From Candidatus Binatia bacterium (GTDB lineage Bacteria > Desulfobacterota > Binatia > HRBIN30): a stretch of DNA of 64,000 nucleotides. How positions within the stretch are numbered: position 1 is the first letter of the stretch; each line of letters opens with the position of its first letter. The position numbers and the translations under genes were made by a program. Of this stretch, positions 11,742 through 20,585 are shown one piece after another. The stretch is from the NCBI GenBank assembly GCA_046757585.1, contig JBHHYR010000001.1, positions 3,354 to 67,353 of the forward strand. Direction: 5' to 3'. The notes under the pieces are model-generated. The model saw only the letters and a program-made list of their open reading frames with translations, did no database searches and was not told the origin of the DNA.

Positions 11742-12455
11742 ATGATGGTACGCGGCGCCTGGCTCCTCGCCACGCTCGCCGCTACCCTGTGTTTCCGGCC
11801 TGGACCAAGCGCGCTGGCTTCGGAACAGGGGCGCGTTCTGTTCCAGGAAGACTTTGAAGCAGGAATCAGCGACCGCTGGGTGGAGCGCGGGTTTCCGAGC
11901 ATCGAGCGGAAGAATACCTTCTCGCTGGCAACCGACCCAGTTGGAAATCACTACCTGAAGGTCGAAAGCGCGCAATCGGCCTCCGGCCGGGGCGTTCATC
12001 TGAGGTTTTCTCCGCGGGCGTGCTCCGATGTGAGTTGGCGCTGGATGGTGTCCCACGCAATCGCCACCGCTGATATCACGCGGCGCGAAGGTGACGACGG
12101 GGCTGCTAAGCTGTATGTGGTTTTCGATGGCCCATCGCTGTGGAACCCGTTCGACAAGCGCGTCATCGTCTATGTGTGGGACAACGCCGCACCAGTTGGT
12201 CGCGTGTTCCACAACGCCTGGCTCCCGGAGAAGGAGCGGATGCTCGTATTGGAGAGCGGAAACGAGAAGGCCGGCAGGTGGGTCACCGAACGTGTGCACT
12301 TGGCGCAAGATTTCGGTCGCGCGTTCCCGGGCGAAAGACCCGGCGAGGTCGAAGCACTGGCCTTCATGGCCGACACGGACAATACTGCCACACAGGTGTC
12401 AGCCGGCCTGGATGACTTGGTCATCCGTTGCAGGGCACCAGAGCAGAGGCACTAG
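11742..12455 (+). CDS. DUF3047 domain protein (secreted)
   Basis: Signal-like MMVRGAWLLATLAATL, then the conserved W..M..........DDGAAKLYVVF...RVIVYVWD pattern of DUF3047. The TAG stop is formed at the junction with the repeat element. Confidence 0.65.
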   Translation: MMVRGAWLLATLAATLCFRPGPSALASEQGRVLFQEDFEAGISDRWVERGFPSIERKNTFSLATDPVGNHYLKVESAQSASGRGVHLRFSPRACSDVSWRWMVSHAIATADITRREGDDGAAKLYVVFDGPSLWNPFDKRVIVYVWDNAAPVGRVFHNAWLPEKERMLVLESGNEKAGRWVTERVHLAQDFGRAFPGERPGEVEALAFMADTDNTATQVSAGLDDLVIRCRAPEQRH

Positions 12456-12620
12456 CAGTCCGTTGGAAAACAGGCGCCGTAGCGAGGGCGAGCGATTTTC
12501 CGTCAGATCAAGGCGCCGAACCGGAGGCAAATCCGATGATTTTGTTGAGGATTCGGCAACGCAGAGCTGGCGGAAAATAGCCGCCCGCAGTAGGAGTCCT
12601 GTTTTTCAACGGGCTGCTAG
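12452..12620 (+). mobile_element. MITE-like 169-bp element, copy 1 (about 23-bp terminal inverted repeats, TA flanks)
   Basis: It starts CTAGCAGTCCGTTGGAAAACAGG and ends CCTGTTTTTCAACGGGCTGCTAG. It matches 33300-33468 with only about 5 mismatches counted by eye, and its first 59 bp recur at 63942-64000. Confidence 0.75.
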
Positions 12621-12706
12621 GCGCGTGCTGAGCAAATCGCATCCGCTGCGGGCCCGTGGTCTGCCACGATCCCGATCCGTAATGGCAGCGTAGGGACCGC
12701 CGGGCC

Positions 12707-13384
12707 TCACGTGACCGGTTTGGTGCTCTGTTCCGACTGGAGCGTCTCACCGTTGGCGTTCTTCTCGCGTAGCAGATTGATCAGTCTCACTGGCCCGTGG
12801 TTGCTCAGGATTTCCTGAAACTGCGAGCGGTAGTTGGCAACCAAGCTCACGCCTTCGATGATGACGTCGATCGCGCGCCACCGACCGTTGCGCCTGCGCA
12901 GGCGGTAGTCAAGCGTGAAATCGCTAGCACCAGGCCGTATGACCTTGGTCTTCACCGTCCAGTCGCCGCCGGGCTCTTGACGGTCGCCAGTGACGACGAT
13001 GCGTTCATTGTTGTAGTTCTCGACGTTCTTGCCGTACGTCATCGACAGGAACTGCTTAAACTCCTCGACGAACCGCGCCTGCTGCGCAGGCGTCAACCGT
13101 TTCCAGTTCCGCGCGAGCACAAGTCGCGAAAGGGTTTTGAAGTCGAAGTACGGGTAGACGATTTCCTGGATCTTGTGGCGCTTCTGAGCCGCCGTCAGGT
13201 TCTGGTCAGCCAGTACCGTGATAACCCGATCGCTCGTGCGCTTGACCACCACAGTCGGGCTTTCTTCGGCAGGGACGCTGGCGGGGCGCAGGCAACAGAC
13301 GCCGAGCAACGCCAAGGCAACCAGCACAGCCGCGCCGCGGACCCGCCGCCTTTTCCGCAGTAGGTCGCCAGCTTGCGCGTTCAT
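12707..13384 (-). CDS. mlaC: MlaC/Ttg2D-family phospholipid-binding periplasmic protein
   Basis: Signal peptide plus YPYFDFKTLSRLVLARNWKRLTPAQQARFVEEFK..L..TYG and IDVIIEGVSLVANYRSQF, characteristic of the toluene-tolerance Ttg2D/MlaC family. Confidence 0.8.
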   Translation of the reverse strand: MNAQAGDLLRKRRRVRGAAVLVALALLGVCCLRPASVPAEESPTVVVKRTSDRVITVLADQNLTAAQKRHKIQEIVYPYFDFKTLSRLVLARNWKRLTPAQQARFVEEFKQFLSMTYGKNVENYNNERIVVTGDRQEPGGDWTVKTKVIRPGASDFTLDYRLRRRNGRWRAIDVIIEGVSLVANYRSQFQEILSNHGPVRLINLLREKNANGETLQSEQSTKPVT

Positions 13385-13590
13385 CTATGCTTTTTGATGC
13401 CCGACAGTCGCGAGTGTTACACGCGGCGGTGTCGTCGCTGCGTCGGATCTTAGGCACGGCACTCCGCGCCCGCTCCCATTGCAACACCCCAGCGCCCGGT
13501 GCATCGAAACGAGGAATGGCACAAGGAGGGTGTCACGATGGACGGGTCCAAGAGACGGGTGACGATCCTCGCGTACGGGTTGGTCTCCGC

Positions 13591-14559
13591 TCAACCCCCC
13601 CGTCTGCACGTGTGGGTCCAATCCAGCAGGACGGCCCCCGCGGCGAGCAGCCAGGCCCGGCGGGTGGACGGACCCGAGAGGACCCGCGCCGCGAGGGCGC
13701 GCCACGAGACGTCCGTTCCGGACCGCCTGCTCAGACGGATGCGGGCATCGATCCCGTGGTGGTCGGAATATGGCATGTCCCGCCACCAGTTACAGATGAG
13801 GTCCACCTCCGCCTCCGCACGCCATGCCGCATCGTGTCTGGCGAAGACGTAGTCTCTCCAGCGTCCGTGTTTGGCGTTGCGGTCGAAATGTGTCCCACAG
13901 TTGGGCAGCTGCGTGGTCAGATCCTGCCAGGCGAGGTGTTCGACCATCGTATCGTACAGCGGAGCAGCGGGACGGACATTGAAATCGCCCGCGATGAGCA
14001 CGGGCACGCCCGGCTCGACACTGGACGCCATGGTAGCAAGCTGTTGCACTTGGGCGCTCCGCACGGCGGCGTACGCGCCGCCCGACTGCAAGTGTGTGTT
14101 GAGAATGACGAGCGTCTGGCGCGAGGGGCGATGGCGCAGGTCGAGCCGTTGGATGCCCTTGTCCGCATACCCATCCCCGTGCCAGATGCGGTACTCGCAT
14201 TCCTCCGCGTCAAACTTCTCGAATCGCGCCTGCAGGACATCCCACTTGTGGGAAACGAACGCCAGCAGGCCGCCCTTGCGGATCCTCATGAAGAGCCCTG
14301 CGAGATCCACGAAGGGCAGAAACCACGGCGGAAAAGGTTTTGTGGGAATCCCGCCCACGCGCTGGTAGCGCGCACCCAGGGTGCGTTCAAGCAAGTCTGC
14401 ATCGGCCGGGTAGAAGATCTCTTGCAAAACCACAACATCAGGCAGCGGCTCGATATCGAGAATGCGCTGTGCCGCAGCCCGCATCCGGGGCTGGCGCAGC
14501 CGGGACGTGATCGGCGCGCCGTGCAGGTTCCAACAGATGAGCCGCACCCGGAGTGTCAT
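13591..14559 (-). CDS. endonuclease/exonuclease/phosphatase (EEP) family protein, sphingomyelinase/phosphodiesterase-like
   Basis: LICWNLHG...VVVLQEIF...LNTHL...IAGDFN...SDHHG are the canonical EEP catalytic blocks. The start could be 14559 (ATG) or 14595. Confidence 0.75.
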   Translation of the reverse strand: MTLRVRLICWNLHGAPITSRLRQPRMRAAAQRILDIEPLPDVVVLQEIFYPADADLLERTLGARYQRVGGIPTKPFPPWFLPFVDLAGLFMRIRKGGLLAFVSHKWDVLQARFEKFDAEECEYRIWHGDGYADKGIQRLDLRHRPSRQTLVILNTHLQSGGAYAAVRSAQVQQLATMASSVEPGVPVLIAGDFNVRPAAPLYDTMVEHLAWQDLTTQLPNCGTHFDRNAKHGRWRDYVFARHDAAWRAEAEVDLICNWWRDMPYSDHHGIDARIRLSRRSGTDVSWRALAARVLSGPSTRRAWLLAAGAVLLDWTHTCRRGG

Positions 14560-14916
14560 GATCGTCAGGCTACCGCCGGTGCCCCACAAATCCAATCCAT
14601 CCGCATGTGATCCGAGCTTGAGGGCGGGGGGACTGGAATTTGCGTTCGGTTTTTGCGATATGGGCGTTCCAGCAGCCAGACGGGAAGGTTCTTCAGATGA
14701 GCCCGGTTTCTAGTTCGAAAGGGGCAGGCCCCTTTCACCTTGAACGGAACGACCAAGCGGAAGCGAGACGGCGCGCGGCGTAGGCGCATAGCAGCTTCCG
14801 AGAGGTTGGGCGACACGCCACGACTGCACGATCATGATGGCCAACAGGAGGAAGGGGTCGACACCCCTATTGACAGAATGTGCGCAAGCTGGGTAACGAA
14901 AGCCGAGGGGGAGACT

Positions 14917-16278
14917 GTGGGGAAGGGGCTCAAACAGACGCGCGCCGGCCGGCAGCCTGTGAAGAGAAGAGCCGCCACGCCAGAGCGCGTCGAGCGCAAG
15001 AGTTTCCGAACGGCCTTCCTGGAGCCGTTTCGTCCGTTACTGGAACAAATTGATGCTGCGCGGCAGGTGAACGTATACCCGTTCTACCCGTGCGTCGAGC
15101 CGCGGTCACCCTCGAACGGCTCTGCGGAGGCCCGCCAGGAGATTGTCCTGGTGGCGAACGATTACCTCGGCCTCGGGATGGATGGGCGTGTCCGCGACGC
15201 GGCACGCGAGGCGATTGCACGGCTGGGAACGAGCCGCTGTGCTTCCCCGCTGGCCGGCGGGTACACCGCGCTCCACCGCACCATCGAAGCCCGCCTCGCG
15301 GCGTTTCTGGGTCAGGAGGCCGTCGCGCTGTTTGCGTCCGGCTACCAGGCGAACGTCGGCATCATCTCGGCGCTGATGCTGCGCGGCGATCTGATCGTCA
15401 CCGACTTGTTCAATCACGCATCGATCGTGGACGGGGCGCGCTTGTCCGGGGCTGATGTCCGAGTGTTTCAGCACAACAGCCCGACACATCTCAGGCGCGT
15501 TCTCGAGCAGCATGCCAAGGGCCGGCGCGCCCTCGTGATCGTGGAGGGAATCTACAGCGCTGATGGAGACATCGTGTGCCTGCCTGAGATCTGTGCGGTG
15601 GCACACGCGCACCGGGCGTTGGTCATGGTCGACGAAGCGCACTCCCTCGGAGTCCTGGGACAGGCGGGTGCCGGCGCCGCCGAACATTTCGGCTGCCTGC
15701 ACGAGGTCGACCTCATCATGGGCACGATGAGCAAGTCACTGGCCAGCGTCGGCGGGTTCATCGCCGCCGACAGGCACTTGGTCGAGGTCATCCGGCACAA
15801 TGCCCGCTCTCTCATCTTCTCCGCGGCCTTGCCGCCCGCCGGCGTGGCGGCAGCGTTGGTTGCCTTGGAGATTCTCCAGGCCGAGCCGCAGCGACGCGAG
15901 CGGCTGTGGCACAACGCACGACGAATGGTCGGCGGCCTGAGGACACAGGGGTTCGACACGATGCGCAGTGAAACGCCGGTGATCCCCATCCTGGTCGGTG
16001 ATCCGGTACGGACGCTCGAGTTCACCGCCCGACTGCGCGACCGCGGCGTCCTGGTGTGCCCCGCCATCCCGCCGATGGTGCAAGGCCACCTCAGCCGGAT
16101 ACGCGCACATGTGACGGCCGCGCACGACGACGCCACCATCGATGCAGCGCTCACGATCATCGGTGACGTCGCAGCCGCTATTGGATTTCATGAGCACCGG
16201 CCGCGCCGGCAGCCTACCGCCCTCGCGGACGCCGTGCTGTCCGCACCACGTCCGGTATCACCGGCCAGCCCGCGATGA
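14917..16278 (+). CDS. alpha-oxoamine synthase family PLP enzyme, serine palmitoyltransferase-like
   Basis: ANDYLGL, SGYQANVG, IVEGIYSADGD, VDEAHSLG and the PLP-lysine block GTMSKSLASVGG. Start proposed at GTG 14917, behind a GAGGGGGAG RBS; the six-frame ORF begins at TTG 14740. Confidence 0.85.
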   Translation: MGKGLKQTRAGRQPVKRRAATPERVERKSFRTAFLEPFRPLLEQIDAARQVNVYPFYPCVEPRSPSNGSAEARQEIVLVANDYLGLGMDGRVRDAAREAIARLGTSRCASPLAGGYTALHRTIEARLAAFLGQEAVALFASGYQANVGIISALMLRGDLIVTDLFNHASIVDGARLSGADVRVFQHNSPTHLRRVLEQHAKGRRALVIVEGIYSADGDIVCLPEICAVAHAHRALVMVDEAHSLGVLGQAGAGAAEHFGCLHEVDLIMGTMSKSLASVGGFIAADRHLVEVIRHNARSLIFSAALPPAGVAAALVALEILQAEPQRRERLWHNARRMVGGLRTQGFDTMRSETPVIPILVGDPVRTLEFTARLRDRGVLVCPAIPPMVQGHLSRIRAHVTAAHDDATIDAALTIIGDVAAAIGFHEHRPRRQPTALADAVLSAPRPVSPASPR

Positions 16279-16294
16279 CCAGGCGGTCAACCCG

Positions 16295-16675
16295 ATGAGT
16301 CAACTCCACGTGGTCCCCCGCCGATCTCGGCCGACGTTGCCGACGATTGCGCAGGTGAAAGAAACGCTCCGACGCCTGATTGAAGAGCAGGCGGGCATTC
16401 CCGCCTCCGTCATCCGGGACGATTCCACCATCGAGGGAGACCTTGCGATGGATTCGCTGTCGTTCATCTCTCTCCAAGTGGCAGTGGAAGAAGTCTTCGA
16501 CATCACCTGCGACCCGGCGGATATCGAGGCGCGGAACCGTTTCGATGCAATCGCGGCGTTCATTCGCGAGCAGACCGGCGCCCGGAACGGCGCGGCACCG
16601 CAGCCACCGGCAGGTGGCGCTCGGCAGGGTGCATCGGGGCGCCGCGCGCGCGGTAGGCCCCGCTCCAAGAGCTGA
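16295..16675 (+). CDS. acyl carrier protein (dedicated), with Arg/Gly-rich tail
   Basis: GDLAMDSLSFISL carries the DSL phosphopantetheine-attachment serine. The gene lies between the oxoamine synthase and the AMP-ligase. Confidence 0.8.
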   Translation: MSQLHVVPRRSRPTLPTIAQVKETLRRLIEEQAGIPASVIRDDSTIEGDLAMDSLSFISLQVAVEEVFDITCDPADIEARNRFDAIAAFIREQTGARNGAAPQPPAGGARQGASGRRARGRPRSKS

Positions 16676-16687
16676 GCGCTACACAAC

Positions 16688-18517
16688 ATGGTTCGGAAGA
16701 AGACAGCGGGGCTGCCCGGGTGGCAGCCAGGGGGAAAAATGGGCACAACCAAGACACCGGCAGTGCTCCCCGTCACCGGGGCGGCATTGGTTCCCGCGGC
16801 AGACACGTTGGTCGAATGCTTTGCACAGCAGGCACGGGACCGCGCCAGGGTCGCGTTCTGGCTCGAGCGCGTCGACGAGCTTCCGCGAACGGTCAGATGG
16901 GCGGAGCTGGCAGACTCTGCCGCCCAGGCCGCCCTGCGCCTGCGTGCACTGGGCGTGGAGCGAGGCGACCGCGTGCTGCTGGTGTTGCCGACCGGTGCCG
17001 ATTTCGTCTTCCTCTTTTGGGGTGTGTTACTGGCAGGGGCCACACCGGTTCCGGCCTATCCTCCGGCCGGCTGGCGGCAACTCGCGTCATTTTCCGACAT
17101 GCTAGCAGGCATGGCAGCGATGACTGATGCCCGCCTCGCGGTCGTCCCTGACGCTCTGCGGGACATGTTGGCAGCCAGCCCCCATCAGGAACTCCGGAAC
17201 ACGAGCGTCATCGCCCCGGAGCAACTATGGGCCACCGCGGTGAGCGCTGCGGCGCTGCCGCCCGCAGCCGCCCCCGGGGATTTCGCTTTGATCCAGTTCT
17301 CCTCGGGCAGTACCGGGGCGCCGCGCGGCATCCGTCTCACCCAGACGAATCTCCTCTCCAACATCCGCGCGTTCGCAGATCGCATGCGCGTGCGGCGCGA
17401 AGATGCACTGGTGACGTGGTTGCCCCTGTATCATGACATGGGACTGATCGGCACCATGATCGCCCCGCTGATCGTGGGGATGCCGCTGATCTTGATTCCT
17501 CCCACGGACTTTCTGCGTCAACCAGGCTTCTGGCTACGGACCATGGCGCAGTATCGAGCCACCATTAGCGTGGCACCTCAGTTCGCTTACAGCCTGTGTG
17601 CAAGGAAAGTCGACCCACACGAACTGGCAGGGGTGGACTTGTCGCCGCTGCGCATCCTCTTAAACGGGGCGGAACCGATCCGTCCGGACGCGGTGGCGGC
17701 GTTCGAAGAACGCTACCGGGTGCTCGGGCTCCGGCGCGGCGTGGTCACTCCCTGCTACGGTCTGGCTGAGGGCACCCTAGCCGTCTGCATGCGGCCGCCG
17801 GGTGGCAGGCTGTTTGTCAAGCACCTGTACGGCAACGGTGAAGGACCCGCGTCGAAAGCGGACGGTATGGCGTACGGCGGACCCGTCGTTTCCGTGGGGC
17901 CCCCACTGGCAGGCACCGAGGTGCGCATCCGCGCTCCACGGGGTGGATGGCATCCCGAGGGACGGGTGGGTGAAATCTGCGCTCGCGGGTCGTCGGTCAG
18001 CCAAACGCAGCTCACGCATGACGGCGTTGCACCGACGGTCGACCGGGACGGCTGGTTGCACACAGGAGACCTCGGGTTTGTTTCTCACGGGGAACTCTTC
18101 GTGACCGGACGACAGAAAGACCTCATCATCATCGGCGGGCGCAATCTCTATCCGCAGGAAATCGAGGAAGAGGCAGGCAGACTCCCAGGGTTTCGCACCG
18201 GCCGTGTCGCCGCCTTCGGTGTCCTGGACCCGGACCGTGGAACCGAGGTGCTCGTGGTGACCGGGGAGACCAGCGGGACACCCAACAGCGACCCGACGGT
18301 GGCAGTCAGTCACCTGCGCCGGCAACTCCTGCACCGCTTCGGCGTGGCCCCGTACGACATTGTGTTGCTGGGCCGCGGCCAGCTCCCTGTCACCACCAGT
18401 GGGAAGCTACGCCGGTTTGAAGCCCGGGCGGTTTACGAGCGTAACTTGTTTTCCGATGTAAGCTACCGGCTACGTCCGGTGCCAGTCGAACGGCTCGCGG
18501 AGGCCGGCCAGCGGTGA
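16688..18517 (+). CDS. fatty acyl-AMP ligase / acyl-ACP synthetase (AMP-binding family)
   Basis: AMP-binding core FSSGSTGAPRGIRLTQTNL, YGLAEG, TGDLGF and a GRQKDLIIIGGRNLYPQEIE block typical of the FAAL subfamily. Confidence 0.85.
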   Translation: MVRKKTAGLPGWQPGGKMGTTKTPAVLPVTGAALVPAADTLVECFAQQARDRARVAFWLERVDELPRTVRWAELADSAAQAALRLRALGVERGDRVLLVLPTGADFVFLFWGVLLAGATPVPAYPPAGWRQLASFSDMLAGMAAMTDARLAVVPDALRDMLAASPHQELRNTSVIAPEQLWATAVSAAALPPAAAPGDFALIQFSSGSTGAPRGIRLTQTNLLSNIRAFADRMRVRREDALVTWLPLYHDMGLIGTMIAPLIVGMPLILIPPTDFLRQPGFWLRTMAQYRATISVAPQFAYSLCARKVDPHELAGVDLSPLRILLNGAEPIRPDAVAAFEERYRVLGLRRGVVTPCYGLAEGTLAVCMRPPGGRLFVKHLYGNGEGPASKADGMAYGGPVVSVGPPLAGTEVRIRAPRGGWHPEGRVGEICARGSSVSQTQLTHDGVAPTVDRDGWLHTGDLGFVSHGELFVTGRQKDLIIIGGRNLYPQEIEEEAGRLPGFRTGRVAAFGVLDPDRGTEVLVVTGETSGTPNSDPTVAVSHLRRQLLHRFGVAPYDIVLLGRGQLPVTTSGKLRRFEARAVYERNLFSDVSYRLRPVPVERLAEAGQR

Positions 18518-18539
18518 GAGGCGGGGCGCCAGCCCGCAC

Positions 18540-19493
18540 TCAGCGAAAAGCCCGCTTGCGATAGAGACGCCAGAATACGCTGCCCAAGGCAAGCAAACGA
18601 GGGCGTCTGCTACGCCAACTGGGATCTGCCCTCACACCGGAGTGGCGCTCGATCTTCCAGAGCACGTATTCGACACCCCCTTTGAAGGTGAAGGCTCCTT
18701 TGAGAATGCGCAGCAACGAGAGCAGCTTGCCTTCAGCGCGGCGCAGTCGCCAGCTGTGGCAGGCCCCCCACCGCGCTAGGGCTGGCATGCGCACTACCAC
18801 CATTGGCGCGCCGGACACCGTGTCGATCGACGTCGGATAAGGCAAAGCAGCCAGCGCAGCCTGCGTGACACGTTCGTACCGGAGGGGGGCGGCATCATAG
18901 AGACGGGCGGGGGTCTCTCCCCGTTCTGCCCGCACCTCGGAGTGGTAACTTTCCCGCAACACCCGTTTCCATAGATCCGCGATCCGGAAATGCTGCGGCA
19001 CGAGCGCAACACCCTGCCGGATGAAGGTCACCACCGCCGTGCTCAAGGCGTTGGCCACAGCCTCCGCAGCCGCTGCATTGCGCGTGTAAACGAGCGCGCA
19101 CGGCTGGGCAAAGCGGGCCCAAAAGTACGGATGAAAACAGCGAGCTGACGTGTAGCGGGCAAGACCAGCCAGGGACACCACCGCGTACTTCGCGCGCACG
19201 GGACCACTCTCCCCAGACGCCTCGATGTAGAAGACGTTCGGCGGAAGCAGCGCGTTCAACAGCGCCCAGATCCGACGCGTGTAGAAATGCCGGTAGTCGT
19301 CGACAAGGACATAGAAGTCCAGAACCCCATTACGATCGTCACCGGTCCGCAAGCAAGAGCCGTAAAACAGAATGGCCTGGACCGCCCTGCCGTGGCGCCG
19401 GCGAATTGACTCAGCAAGCACCTGCGCCCCAGCCGCAACGGGCTGGCGCAACTCTTCGGCGATCAACTCAACCAGGGCGGGTTGGGGCTCCAA
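18540..19493 (-). CDS. nucleotidyltransferase-fold protein, Tam41/Mmp37-like (putative lipid-phosphate cytidylyltransferase)
   Basis: FYGSCLRTGDDRNGVLDFYVLVDD (an NTase G-S...D-x-D-like signature), followed by VRAKYAVVSLAGL....HPYFWARFAQPCALVY. This resembles the Tam41 KYGVVS...LYLAGRLQKPV region. TTG start, 6 nt after the kinase stop. Confidence 0.45.
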   Translation of the reverse strand: MEPQPALVELIAEELRQPVAAGAQVLAESIRRRHGRAVQAILFYGSCLRTGDDRNGVLDFYVLVDDYRHFYTRRIWALLNALLPPNVFYIEASGESGPVRAKYAVVSLAGLARYTSARCFHPYFWARFAQPCALVYTRNAAAAEAVANALSTAVVTFIRQGVALVPQHFRIADLWKRVLRESYHSEVRAERGETPARLYDAAPLRYERVTQAALAALPYPTSIDTVSGAPMVVVRMPALARWGACHSWRLRRAEGKLLSLLRILKGAFTFKGGVEYVLWKIERHSGVRADPSWRSRRPRLLALGSVFWRLYRKRAFR

Positions 19494-19499
19494 TGCACC

Positions 19500-20585
19500 C
19501 TACCATCGCAGAAACAACGCCGAGTGGCCACCGCGCAGGACGACGGGCCGGCCCGGCTCAGCAGTGAACAATTCCCCGTCGAGCGTGAATCCGCCATCCA
19601 GATGCAGGAGCACCTCGTGCACGTTGCGACTCACGTAGCCGAACTCCGGGCGGACGTACCGGTTCGGCCTGCCGCGCATCACCGACCAGGCGGCTCGAAC
19701 GCAATGCTGCGGCGCATAGGTGAGGGCGCTATAGCGGAGTGGGCCGGCGCCCCGACCCCAGAACGGCCGCAGACCGAGGAGCAGTCGCTCCAGCGTTGTC
19801 GCCAGGATCCCAAAATACGCGTTGGCCGCCAACGCCTCGTGGTCCAGCCGGCCCCAGGCTTGCAACGGCGGAAACAATGCACCGCCACGTCCCAGCATGG
19901 CTCTGGCCAGGAATACGGCTAGGGCAAGCCCCGGTCCCGCATCGCGGCGCATGCCCAGCGGGTGGATGCGCTGGCGACAAAAGCGAATCCCGTGGTAGAT
20001 CGCTCCCGCCCCGAAGAACATGCCAAAGATGGGCTCCGCGGACGGCGTCACGTCCACGCGCATGACCGCCCGTCGCACGACTACGCCGTCGAGCCGGCCC
20101 GACCGGGCAGAGCCGAGAAGATGTTCCAGGGCTCTGATCGGCCGCTGCCCTGTGCCGACGTCGCCGGCAATCATGTTCGTCGTCCCTCCCGGCAGCACGG
20201 CGAGCAACGGAAAACGTTCCAGGTGCGGCTCCCGGAACAGCGCGGTCAGCACCGCTTGGACTGTGCCGTCCCCACCGTTGACGACAATGATCTCGCTACC
20301 CTCACGTGCGAGCCTACCAGTGGCCGCCTCGATGTCTGCCGGTTGCTCGACCTCGTAGTGCGGGACACCCGGAGTTCCCCCCATGGCCCGCAAAATGGAC
20401 TGAAAGCCGTTGCTGCGCAGATTACGCCCGCTGGCGGGATTGTTGATTGCTCCGACGCGAATGGGGCGTCCGGAATCGAAGGGACGCAGGATCGCCGGTC
20501 GGGCCGGCACCGGCGCGCTACTGGGCGGGGTCTCGACTGCCCGGCGATGCGCCTGGAATCTGGCGAAGCGCGCTAGCGAGCTCAT
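19500..20585 (-). CDS. DAGK-catalytic-domain lipid kinase (diacylglycerol/sphingosine/ceramide kinase family)
   Basis: NPASG....IIVVNGGDGTV...LAVLPGGTTNMIA are the DAGK_cat motifs. The internal ATG at 20585 overlaps the upstream stop (ATGA); the six-frame ORF is over-extended to 20909. Confidence 0.8.
   Translation of the reverse strand: MSSLARFARFQAHRRAVETPPSSAPVPARPAILRPFDSGRPIRVGAINNPASGRNLRSNGFQSILRAMGGTPGVPHYEVEQPADIEAATGRLAREGSEIIVVNGGDGTVQAVLTALFREPHLERFPLLAVLPGGTTNMIAGDVGTGQRPIRALEHLLGSARSGRLDGVVVRRAVMRVDVTPSAEPIFGMFFGAGAIYHGIRFCRQRIHPLGMRRDAGPGLALAVFLARAMLGRGGALFPPLQAWGRLDHEALAANAYFGILATTLERLLLGLRPFWGRGAGPLRYSALTYAPQHCVRAAWSVMRGRPNRYVRPEFGYVSRNVHEVLLHLDGGFTLDGELFTAEPGRPVVLRGGHSALFLRW

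Noticed and set aside
12091-12693. Identical peptide (..SPSKNRRRSEGERFSVRSRRRTGGKSDDFVEDSATQSWRKIAARSR..) appearing in ORFs 12091-12693 and 33287-33487, which could be read as a duplicated small gene.
   Set aside because: The identity is at the nucleotide level and coincides exactly with the 169-bp inverted-repeat element. There is no RBS or start inside the element, and the reading frame continues from the flanking sequence differently in each copy.
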